Below are positions 8,610-18,169 of a stretch of 64,000 nucleotides of DNA, piece after piece. The stretch is from Bacteroidales bacterium. Lineage in GTDB: Bacteria > Bacteroidota > Bacteroidia > Bacteroidales > JAADJA01. Position 1 is the stretch's first letter; each line of letters opens with the position of its first letter. Both the position numbers and the translations under genes were made by a program. The stretch covers positions 41,833-105,832 of the forward strand of contig JAWKKM010000018.1 of the NCBI GenBank assembly GCA_041393255.1, written 5' to 3'. The notes under the pieces were generated by a model, which saw nothing but the letters and a program-made list of their open reading frames with translations, did no database searches and had not been told where the DNA came from.

Positions 8610-10888
8610 TTTCGCTTGTAAATAAATAGCCCTATTCCTAACAAGAATATAATCAATAACGAAATAGTGAATGATATACCTATTGAATAATCACTTTCCA
8701 TGGGTGAACTATCGCCGATCAAAACATAACCTGCCCAATAGCGAGGATGAATTTTTTCAGGATTTTTTGTATTGGCAAGATAATCCAATTTTGCTGATCG
8801 AAGGGCTTCATCTTTTGGTTTACCAACCTTTAAATAACCGTAAAAACTGCTCATAAGTTCAGCGCTTGATTGGTCATCTACACTCCAAAGGGTCATCACG
8901 ATACTGGGAACACCTGTATATAGGAATCCACGAGCCAGGCTCATCACCCCCTCGCTTTTATGAATTTTCCCCATTCCGGTATTACAAGCACTTAAAACCA
9001 CTAATTGAGCATTGATTTGTTTTTCAAATAATTCATAAGTGTGCACTTCACCATCGTAAAGCGAATCTTCAGGGCTCTTCTGAAAAAGCAATTTAGAGTA
9101 GGAGGGATTTTCATCATCAATAATTCCATGGCTGGCAATATGGATAATATTGTAGTCACCTGATGATACCCAAAACCTCTTTTCAGTGGCTGTACTGTCA
9201 AAATAAATATCAGTATTATATAGCTTTGATATGGCTTTTACTTCATTGCTGGCTCCTGCAAGCTCCATTTCGTCAATTCCCCTTTCGCGTAAAAGACTTA
9301 ATGTGCTTTGGTCATATTGGGCAGTCAGTTCCTTGGAGAAAGGAGCAAAAGCCAGGGCCTCACGATTATTTGCATCAGAACCCCTATTCTTTGAATAACC
9401 ATAGAGTGTAGCTGAATACGCATATGAAATCGGATGCTTTTTAATGAGCCAGGGTAAATCAGAATAATCCGTACCCTGAGTCGGTATTTGTTGTGAAATT
9501 AAGGCTTCAACCGGAATATACCCAATTTCTTTGTCAGGAATTATGATAAGCTCCTTATCGCTAATTTGATTTTCTAAAGGTTGAATTAATACCAGGTACA
9601 ATTTGTGGGATATATCTAAATAATTTCTCCAATCGGTTGAATCCAATTGTCTTTTTATGTTCAAATCCCTGAATTCATTGATTAATAAAACAAATGTGCT
9701 ATCAATTGAAATTTTGCTGAACATTGAATTTTGTTTCGCAACTGTAAAAACAAATAAAGTTGTATCACCCAATGCGTATTCTATCAGAATTTGTTTTTCG
9801 GATAAATTGGCTCTTAGTTCTGATAATGATATTACGCTTGTATTGTATTTCAAATCATAATAATCACTGTAATTGTTTTCAAGCATTTCCTTAAAGCGAT
9901 TGTATTCCATTTTAAGGTCAAACAGTTCGTTTTCAAGGCTGGATAACTCAAGACTGTCAAAAGCATCTATGTTTTGAAGTTTATCCAAAATATTATCTTC
10001 AACCAGGTTTATCTTTTGCCTGAGTTGCCTTTCATGTATTTTATTTTCTTCAGGTATACTTTCACCAGCTAAAGCCAGTATTTCCATTATACTCTCAAAC
10101 AACAATTGTGATTTTCCACTTTCAGCTATTGAAAAAGCGCTTTCAAGGTTTTTGTTCCCAAACAATTCAAAATGAAGAGAAAGTGCACCGCTATAGATAT
10201 CAGAAAAATCATTGTAAAGCCTTAGCCTGGTTACTTCATTTTTATAATCTCGTGTAATAAAAGGGATATTATTTATACAAGAAAGATATAAATTATAGGA
10301 CTCTTCCAAATCTTTATAATCTAATGAGTTATAAATATATCTCTTGTAAAAAGCCTTCGCTTTGCCTTTAATTAGGTCAATAAAGGTTTTGTCCAACAAT
10401 ACTTTATTTGTTGTTATGTCTGGAATACTGAAAATATCTTCCGAATCAAAACCGGGTGCAATGGCAATTAATCCCTTATGATAGGATTCAATTGCTTCAT
10501 TAAAAGCTTCTTCTTTACGGTAAATATCTCCCATATGCAAATAGCACATTGCAATTTGATTGTGATTGCTGCCATAATATTCGGAATAAATTTTTGCAGC
10601 TTCCGAAAAGTAATTAATTGCTTCAACATTATTATTCATTAATTTATAAACCATTCCAGAATGGTAATAATAAGAAGCAATATCAGGATGTGATGAAGAA
10701 TACTTTTCCAACCTTTTTGCCAAACACAAATCCAAATAATAAAAGGCTGAATCAAAATTATTTAGCCTGGACCAGGCAATTCCCATATTTAATAAATGGC
10801 TTGTATTGCTTTTATTGATTCTTTCTGCCTGATTGAAATATACCAACGCTTCTTCGTTCCTTCCGAGGTTAATTAAAGCTGCGCCCAT
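8594..10888 (-). CDS. TPR repeat plus CHAT (caspase-like) domain protein with a C-terminal transmembrane anchor
   Basis: 764-aa ORF. N-terminal TPR-like repeats. The C-terminal CHAT signature has a His/Cys dyad context (..IIHIASHG.. and ..LVVLSACNTG..). Terminal hydrophobic helix ISFTISLLIIFLLGIGLFIY. The gene continues upstream in other frames (next feature). Confidence 0.8.
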   Translation of the reverse strand: MGAALINLGRNEEALVYFNQAERINKSNTSHLLNMGIAWSRLNNFDSAFYYLDLCLAKRLEKYSSSHPDIASYYYHSGMVYKLMNNNVEAINYFSEAAKIYSEYYGSNHNQIAMCYLHMGDIYRKEEAFNEAIESYHKGLIAIAPGFDSEDIFSIPDITTNKVLLDKTFIDLIKGKAKAFYKRYIYNSLDYKDLEESYNLYLSCINNIPFITRDYKNEVTRLRLYNDFSDIYSGALSLHFELFGNKNLESAFSIAESGKSQLLFESIMEILALAGESIPEENKIHERQLRQKINLVEDNILDKLQNIDAFDSLELSSLENELFDLKMEYNRFKEMLENNYSDYYDLKYNTSVISLSELRANLSEKQILIEYALGDTTLFVFTVAKQNSMFSKISIDSTFVLLINEFRDLNIKRQLDSTDWRNYLDISHKLYLVLIQPLENQISDKELIIIPDKEIGYIPVEALISQQIPTQGTDYSDLPWLIKKHPISYAYSATLYGYSKNRGSDANNREALAFAPFSKELTAQYDQSTLSLLRERGIDEMELAGASNEVKAISKLYNTDIYFDSTATEKRFWVSSGDYNIIHIASHGIIDDENPSYSKLLFQKSPEDSLYDGEVHTYELFEKQINAQLVVLSACNTGMGKIHKSEGVMSLARGFLYTGVPSIVMTLWSVDDQSSAELMSSFYGYLKVGKPKDEALRSAKLDYLANTKNPEKIHPRYWAGYVLIGDSSPMESDYSIGISFTISLLIIFLLGIGLFIYKRKGVRK

Positions 10889-12131
10889 ATTCCCAAAGGC
10901 AAGACCAACATAAATGTGCTCTTCACCGTAGGCTTCCAGGTAAATTGTCGCAGCTTTTTTGTAGTTCTCTAAGGCCTGCGCAAAATCACTTTATACACAC
11001 ATACTGCCCATATTTAAGTAGGAATTTCCTATAGCCGGGCTGTTTTCTGGCATATCTCTCAATCGAATATTTAAAGCGCTTTTATAATATTTTGCCGAAG
11101 AATCGAAATCCATTAATTCTCCATACACAACTCCCAGATTTTCACGTGAATGCGCAGAATTAATGTGCATATATCCCACGCCGAATCATACAGATGTATA
11201 TTTTTTTTATAATAGTCAATTAGTTTTTTAAAAAATCACCTTGAATTATAAATTATCCCCAGTAAATTATAGGATTGGCCCTCATAAAAAGCACTGTGTA
11301 TGCCCCTTGCTTATTCGAATGTTCTCATTGATATAAAAAAGGGCAGAATCCTGCATATTTGAATTCATATAATGTACCGCCAAACTTTCATAAAGTTCTT
11401 GAATGATATTATATGAAACAGAGTCATATCTTCTTGTAAAGAAAGAGCCCTCATCAAGTAAATTTTTGAAGAGTCAACTTTGAATAAAAGGCTATACACT
11501 TGCCGATCTGAATATTCCCCTTTAATAAGTTCTTCATAATATTGATTTGTATTTGAGTCATAAAATTCCAGGTTTGTTCGAAAACACTTTATTGCATCAT
11601 TATATTTTGCCAATTCCTTATATGACAGGCCCTTTCGATCCAATACGATACTATAAAGTTGTTGATAGGCAAGACCATTCAGTTCCAATATGGATAAAGA
11701 AGAATCATAATAAATTATTGACTCCTGATAATCACCTTTATTATAATTGATTTTTCCCTCATTTGAATACCACATGGCCAAATTTCTATCAGTACGTGAA
11801 AGGTTCTTGAAAATAAACTCCTTTGTACCAATTTGAGAATGACGAGCTTTATCAAGTGAATCATATTCAATCAATATTCTGGTGATTTCATTTTGAAATA
11901 TGCGCTGCTATCCATATTTCCATTTTTGTTACAACTCAATATGAGCATTTGATAATAATACAATAAACTGTCAACATTATCTTCCCTTTTCATAAAACTT
12001 GGCTAATTCAAGGAATTGGTTGTGCTCATTAAGATGTTTTTGAGAGTATAAATTGATAAGAAGAAACAAGATGAAATGGTTATGAAGAACCAGGACAGTA
12101 GTTGTTTATTTATCCTAAGCTTGATTGTCAT
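10889..12131 (-). pseudogene. N-terminal TPR region of the TPR-CHAT gene, split into several frames
   Basis: ORFs 10991..11179 and 11365..11874 are TPR-like (..NLGVVYGELMDFDSSAKYYKSALNI..). A putative start ATG at 12129-12131 gives MTIKLRINKQLLSWFFITISSCFFLSIY (signal anchor). At least four frame changes are needed to join these to 8594..10888. Confidence 0.5.
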
Positions 12132-12204
12132 TCGATTTTGAATATTTGAAAGTATCATCAACCCTAAATCATTGGTATAAAGTAAAAAATTATATATAAG
12201 AATA

Positions 12205-13242
12205 ACGCGTTGTGCGGTTTAATTAGCCAGCGCATATTTTAAATGATTTAATGGTTTATCGTTCTTTAAATTCATGAATTGGTAGCAAAGTAACCCCTGT
12301 AATCTTAGACAGGATACGGACTGACAATCCAAGCAATGTCTTAGCATACAGGTAAAGCTTTTGAGCATAAACTGATCGCACAATTGTGCAAACAATGTTT
12401 CACCTCGTTTCCTGACTTTTCTGAAGGTTACAGAGTATGGTTTGTAGTCTTTTTGGTTAGCTCACGGAGTTTGCAGATTTACCTGACATGAAGTAAATAA
12501 GTCCAGTTGATGGCAGATAAATATCCTTTATCGGCAAGTAGTGTGCAAGTTGTTAAGCCTGATTGTTTTACCTCTGTCAAATAATGAACATCATGTACAC
12601 TTGCCTTGGTCAGGTCCATGCTGTGAAAGATGCCTCTTGGACCGAAGTAAGTGCAGTTTGTAACCATAAAAGTAGTTTTGCTTACGGCTGAATATCCTTT
12701 ATCAGGAGCTGTTTCAAAGGTCTCTTTGCATACTTTACTTTGTTTTTCCCGGCGTAGTTTTTGCAAACGGGGATGGGGATCGAGTCCAATAACATAAACA
12801 TTTTCTCCATCATTGAGCCTGGAAGCAATTGTTTGGTTGAGTTGCTCAATCAAAGGATACAACCTTTTCTGCTTTGGGTTAAAATTGCTGCGATCAATTA
12901 AGTTGGGAAAGTCTTTGGTATGATCGCTTTTGAGCCTTACCCCAATAGTAGTTTTCACTATCAATACTAATGGTTTCTGTAATAGCCAAAGCAATAATCT
13001 GACAGTCAGACATCTTTTGGTTTATTACGGTAGATGAAAAATTGTCAAACGAATCAATACGATTTATAAATATGGATTTGGTGATGTTAAAAAACTTGTC
13101 GAAATTTGATTTTAAGTTATGCATAATAGAAGTATAATTGTGGTGATTTTTACTTCTAAGATATTGAATATCTGTATTATGCATAGCTTTTTTACTATTT
13201 TGTTTCAACATTCTTTTTAACATTTCAAACCGCACAAGACGT
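12205..13242 (-). mobile_element. IS982-family insertion sequence (1038 bp) with 8-bp target site duplication
   Basis: Terminal inverted repeats ACGCGTTGTGCGGTTT (12205-12220) and the reverse complement of AAACCGCACAAGACGT (13227-13242), 14/16 identical. Flanked by direct repeats TAAGAATA at 12197-12204 and 13243-13250. Transposase fragments 12894..13235 and 12479..12994 carry IS982-type text (..KMSDCQIIALAI..IDSENY.., ..FPNLIDRSNFN.., ..DKGYSA..F.V...DLTKASVHDVHYL..LLADKGY). The reading frame is broken at least twice. Confidence 0.85.
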
Positions 13243-14411
13243 TAAGAATAGTATTAATTAAACTGGCGATTCTGTCTGGTATAAAATGTTAATCAACAAT
13301 GGATGGATATAAATTATTAATAATAAAAAGCAAAGGAAGGGTTTACATATTCTAATAAATAATCCATACAATATATTATCAACCCTTTAATAGATCCAAG
13401 ATTTCCTATACTTCATCCCCAAAAACCCCACCCTTTAGACAATAAGTCAAGAATTAGAACAAATTTATTCGCTTCAGTTTGGTCGTTTCAATCAAACCTT
13501 ATATTTTAGACGATTCAAACTAAGAACAGCCATTCTGTGAGGTTGCCAAGATTTCTAAACAATAAAAATTATCTTAAACAAGGGAGGTTATAATGAAGAA
13601 AATTCTATTACTCAATTTGTTCCTTTATTTACAGCAGTATTACTCACCGCCCAAAACAATCCACCGGTAGCAGTTTCGATACCGTAACCATTATGGCAGA
13701 AGACTGGGTTGACATTGAAGTACTGCTAAATGATTATGATCCGGATGGTGACAATATTGAAATTAATAATGTAAAGAATCCTAAACACGGTGATCGAGAA
13801 TATAATGACACATTAGCCCAATACCGTTCAGATTATTACATAGGCCCTGATTCCATGGAATACAGGATTAAAGACGACGGAGATCCCACTGAACGTTCTG
13901 AATACACTTATATTTATATCAATGTTCTGGAAAATCCGACTTACCTTGCTGAGAATGATAGCATTGTAACAATTTTCAGAATGCCAATTGAATGAAGTTG
14001 ATAATGATATCGATCCAAACGGTGATGAAATGGAAATCCTGGAAATTACGCGATACCCCTACTTTGGTGATGTCTACATCAATTCCGATTCCACCTGGTA
14101 TATACTTCAGATACCTACTTTTTGGGGGAAGATTATAGGGAATATACAGTAATTGAGAAAATACATCAAATCAGTACTTTTTCAAATAAGGCTTCTCGTT
14201 AAGATCACCGTAAATGAAAATCCAGACATACCGGTTGCTAATGAAGATGAAGCCTTCAACAATTACATTTGAACCTATGGATATTTGTCTTACAAATGAT
14301 TCAGATCCAAATGGGGGATGAATTGATGGTGGAAGATGCGATGTTTCTATAAATAGTGTTGTAGAAGTTGTATCCGACTCGGTTGTTCGATATTATTCAA
14401 AATATTTTATT

Positions 14412-15321
14412 GAAGTTGTTTAAAGTTGACGTAATAAAATAACGCAAAAAGCTAATATATTCAATGCTTTCCAATGAATTTTGTTTGTTTCAAAAACGGA
14501 TCAAAATAGCCTTAAATGCATCCAGCCAAGCATTGGTCCTTTCCACAACAAACCTGCATTTGTAGAGTAAACTGTCAAAAAGGTGTTCACTTTCACTACC
14601 GTTTCTTTTATTTTTATCAATATTATCTATTATATCATTCCTGTACAGAAAGCACGAAAGCTCTCTATATCAAACCCTGCATCGGCATTCAGGAATAGCC
14701 AGTTCATCCTTACGTTTGAAGAACGCAGGTTTTCAAACATATTCTCCACGAACTCTTCCACTGGATACGCATCATTATGTTCTCCTGAAATAGCTTCACT
14801 GCAGGCCAGCGGGATACCCTGCTATCTGTCAGCACAAGCATGTTAAGCTGGTCTTCGCCTTTTTCCTGCCTTGGTAGCCTACTGCCTGTCCGCCCTTTGA
14901 TGGGGTGTGTGCCATCAAGCTGAACACTTGATAAATCAAGTAGATCCCGATATGCCCCTTCCAGAATATGTCCTGCAGGCTCTTTCCTAACTACCATCTT
15001 TTGACCACTTCGAAAGTGATGATAGACACTTGCCCAACCATACTTACCCCTAAAAAATTGCTTCATTGGGAGCTGTCTCCATTGACATCCTGTTTTTAAC
15101 CGGTAAAATTGCTTCAACCACTTGATAACACTTAACCTTGTGTTTTTTCGACCGTTTCCAAATTTCAAATGTGGGCAAATCTCTTTTTTTATTGTACTTT
15201 TACTTAACACGTTTTTTTTTGAACGAATGATACAACTTATTGAAATCCAATTTTTCTGTATCATTCGTTCTTTTAAACATTCGTGTTTAATATCTCTCAT
15301 TTTTTAACTTTTAACAACTTC
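14412..15321 (-). mobile_element. IS5-like insertion sequence, copy A (910 bp), TSD ATT
   Basis: Terminal inverted repeats GAAGTTGTTTAAAGTT / AACTTTTAACAACTTC. Direct ATT at 14409-14411 and 15322-15324. Transposase fragments carry ..LKTGCQWRQLP.., ..LDGTH..K.. and a C-terminal ..ERTNAWL.AFK..L.RFE.. text (seen best in copies B and C), typical of DDE IS5-family (DUF4096-type N-terminus). The frame is broken. Confidence 0.85.
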
Positions 15322-16318
15322 ATTGGGGTTGACACAATACAATATAGAATTAAAGAAAAAACACCAATAATGCTTATGTTTCGGATTGGGCATATATCAT
15401 TGTAAACGTTGATACAAACCCAGATATTCCAGTGGTAATAAGCGATACTGCATCTACATTGGCTTTTGAAACAGTAGAGTTTAATGCCCTCATGAATGAT
15501 TATGACCTCAGGGAGAACCCATTGAAATATGGCAAACACAAATGGGATCAAATCTGGCAGAGATAATTTTTAATGATAGTAATTATCTTATTTACCCTTA
15601 CTGCCTAAAATCGGTTACTATAACATTTAGATACAGAATTAGGGGAAATAAATGATACAACCATCTATTCCAACTGGACAACAGTTGCAACAAATATAGA
15701 TGCTAATCCTGCTCGCATTCCCAGGCGGTTGATGACTACGGTTCAACAACTGCAGGGATTCCAATAACAATTAATTTGATTGAAAATGACATTAATCCGA
15801 TAAATGATACAATCATTGCTGAGGTTATTGGTGATCCACACGGTATTATTGAAATGTTACCCGACAGTATGGTTCGGTATATCCCTGGCTTCAATTTTGA
15901 GGGAATTGACAGTATTGAATACCAAATCAAAAATAGAAATACACCTTCTTTTCCTTACAGTTATGGCTACCTAATTGTTGAAGTGCAATCAAACCAATCC
16001 TATGCAGTACTGGATGCGAACAATATTTCTGCTGGGATAAACTCATATGGTTATTTATTCAACAATATGGATTATGTTCCTGGATATGGTTTTTCAAATC
16101 GCAAACTTAGTTTTGAAGCCCCAGCTGGAAGCGGAATTCATAGTGTTTATTCTTCAACTTTATGGGTTGGTGGATTAAATCAGCAATCACCTACCGACTC
16201 ATTGCATTTTGCGGGTGAAAGATACAGACAGGTGGGGGATGATTATTGGGCAGGGCCTATTTCAAATTCTTATGACGAGGCTTACGATTTAAAATGGAGA
16301 AGATTATGGTAAATCAAT

Positions 16319-17719
16319 GTGAATGAAATAAACCATCATATAAACCATTATCAAGAGCCGGGCTATGAGCCAATTGATGTAATTCAAAACTGGCCGGGGA
16401 ATGGAGACGTAAGCGCAGGTCAGCTAAGTAATATGGCTCCCTTCTATGATCAAAATGAAAATGGAATCTACGAACCCATGGAAGGTGATTATCCTCTCAT
16501 CAGGGGGACTAAGGCTATTTTCTTCATTTTCAATGATGACAGGGATATTCATACAGAAACAGAGGGTAAAAAACTGGGTATTGAAGTGCATGGTATGGCC
16601 TATAGTTTTCACGAGCCCGCTGATTCTGCATTGTGGAATTCAGTTTTTGTACACTACGATATATACAATCGATCTGGCAATACCTACTCAGATACATACA
16701 TTGGAAACTTTACTGATTTTGACATTGGCAATCCCAATAATGATTATGTTCTTTGCGATGTTCAAAGAGGAGCCTTCATTGGTTATAACGGAACAGATTA
16801 TGACCCGGATGAAGATGAAACCTTAGGGTATCATGAGAACTTACCTGCTCTTGCAGTAGTTCTGGTGGGCGGAGCCTATATGGACAATGATCAACAGGAT
16901 AACCCCTTAGGTGGATGCGACGAAAGTATTAATGGTTTAAACTTTGGCAATGGAATAACTGATGATGAGCGATATGGATTAACCAGGCTTATTTCCTCTC
17001 AAAATAATAATAGTGCTATAGGTGATCCTAATATTGCACCCGAATATTACAATTACCTAAAGGGAATATGGAAAGATAATACAAACTTGATGTATGGCGG
17101 AAATGGCCACATGATTTGGGGCGCAGTTGGCCCGGAATGTAACTTTATGTTTCCAGGTGACTCAGATCCATGTAACTGGGGTACAGGAGGAGCTTTACCG
17201 AACGGAGGTTATAACCAGGGCGATCTGTTCTGGACTACTGAAGAAGCTGGTAATCCACCCTATGACATTCGTGGAATAAGTGTTTCCGGACCAGTTACCT
17301 TTGAGCCAGGGGACAAACAGGAAATTGACCTGGTATTTGCATTTGCACGGAATTACGCAAAAGCTGATCCTGTTGATATCCTTTTAGAAAGAATAGACGA
17401 TATAAAAGGGTTGGTTGTTGAAAATGGCATAACGGAGTTGCCCGAAACATTGGGAGTAAATCAAACAAGGGTAAATAACATTCAAATTATGGTTTATCCC
17501 AATCCTGTAAAAAATGATATTTTGCATGTTAAATGCAAAAATATTGATCAGGAGATTGATTATTCAATTGTTGATGTTTCTGGTTTAATAACTGGAAGTG
17601 GCACTTTTAATCCTGCCTACCAAAACAGTATTGACTTGAGTGATCTTTCAGCAGGACTGTATATTATTCGATTCACATCTGATAACATTTCTGAATTCGT
17701 TAAGTTTATTAAGCAATAA
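16319..17719 (+). CDS. C-terminal portion of the adhesin-like protein, T9SS type A C-terminal sorting domain
   Basis: 466-aa ORF. The last ~80 aa (..VYPNPVKNDILHVKC....LSAGLYIIRFTSDNISEFVKFIKQ) match the Por/T9SS CTD pattern. Confidence 0.7.
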   Translation: MNEINHHINHYQEPGYEPIDVIQNWPGNGDVSAGQLSNMAPFYDQNENGIYEPMEGDYPLIRGTKAIFFIFNDDRDIHTETEGKKLGIEVHGMAYSFHEPADSALWNSVFVHYDIYNRSGNTYSDTYIGNFTDFDIGNPNNDYVLCDVQRGAFIGYNGTDYDPDEDETLGYHENLPALAVVLVGGAYMDNDQQDNPLGGCDESINGLNFGNGITDDERYGLTRLISSQNNNSAIGDPNIAPEYYNYLKGIWKDNTNLMYGGNGHMIWGAVGPECNFMFPGDSDPCNWGTGGALPNGGYNQGDLFWTTEEAGNPPYDIRGISVSGPVTFEPGDKQEIDLVFAFARNYAKADPVDILLERIDDIKGLVVENGITELPETLGVNQTRVNNIQIMVYPNPVKNDILHVKCKNIDQEIDYSIVDVSGLITGSGTFNPAYQNSIDLSDLSAGLYIIRFTSDNISEFVKFIKQ

Positions 17720-17896
17720 GTTTGTTCACAGAAAAAATAATTTATTGATTCAAAGCTAGGAATTATCCTGGCTTTATTTGTATATGAAACAATTGCATAT
17801 CAAATTCTACGACGATGAGTCTACTGATTAATTATTAAAAAAATACCGAAGATCTATGTATGAAAAAAATATGGGGATATTGAAACAGAATAAAAG

Positions 17897-17967
17897 TTGT
17901 CCCACCAGGACTCGAACCTAGACTGACTGAACCAAAATCAGTAGTGCTACCATTACACCATGGGACA
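17897..17967 (-). tRNA. tRNA-Gln (anticodon UUG)
   Basis: The reverse complement folds as a cloverleaf by hand: acceptor TGTCCCA/TGGGACA, anticodon arm ACTGA-TTTTGGT-TCAGT (anticodon TTG), T arm CTAGG-TTCGAGT-CCTGG. 71 nt, CCA not encoded. Confidence 0.9.
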
Positions 17968-18169
17968 ATCCTAAACTTTTAAAAGAACATTGACTTTTGA
18001 GGCCGGCAAAATTAAACATTTTTTTTATTCATCCAAATGAAAATTTAATTTTTGAAAAATCTCTCAAAGTACTGATGTTAATTTTCGTTAATAATCTTAA
18101 ACAAAATCCTTATCTTGATTTGAAATTGTTTATTTTCGCCGTCTAAAAATCTGATAAAGATTCATTTCC

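Larger units (their letters stand above)
13593..17719 (+). pseudogene. T9SS-secreted adhesin-like protein with cadherin/Ig-like (..VL.ND.DPDGD..) repeats, disrupted by an IS insertion and several frameshifts
   Basis: ATG at 13593 with a signal-peptide-like start. Repeats of ..D.V......I.VL.ND.DPDGD.(I/M)EI... at 13650-14400 and 15330-16000. IS copy A lies at 14412..15321, and the repeat text continues directly after it. The C-terminal ORF 16319..17719 ends in a T9SS sorting domain. Confidence 0.7.
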
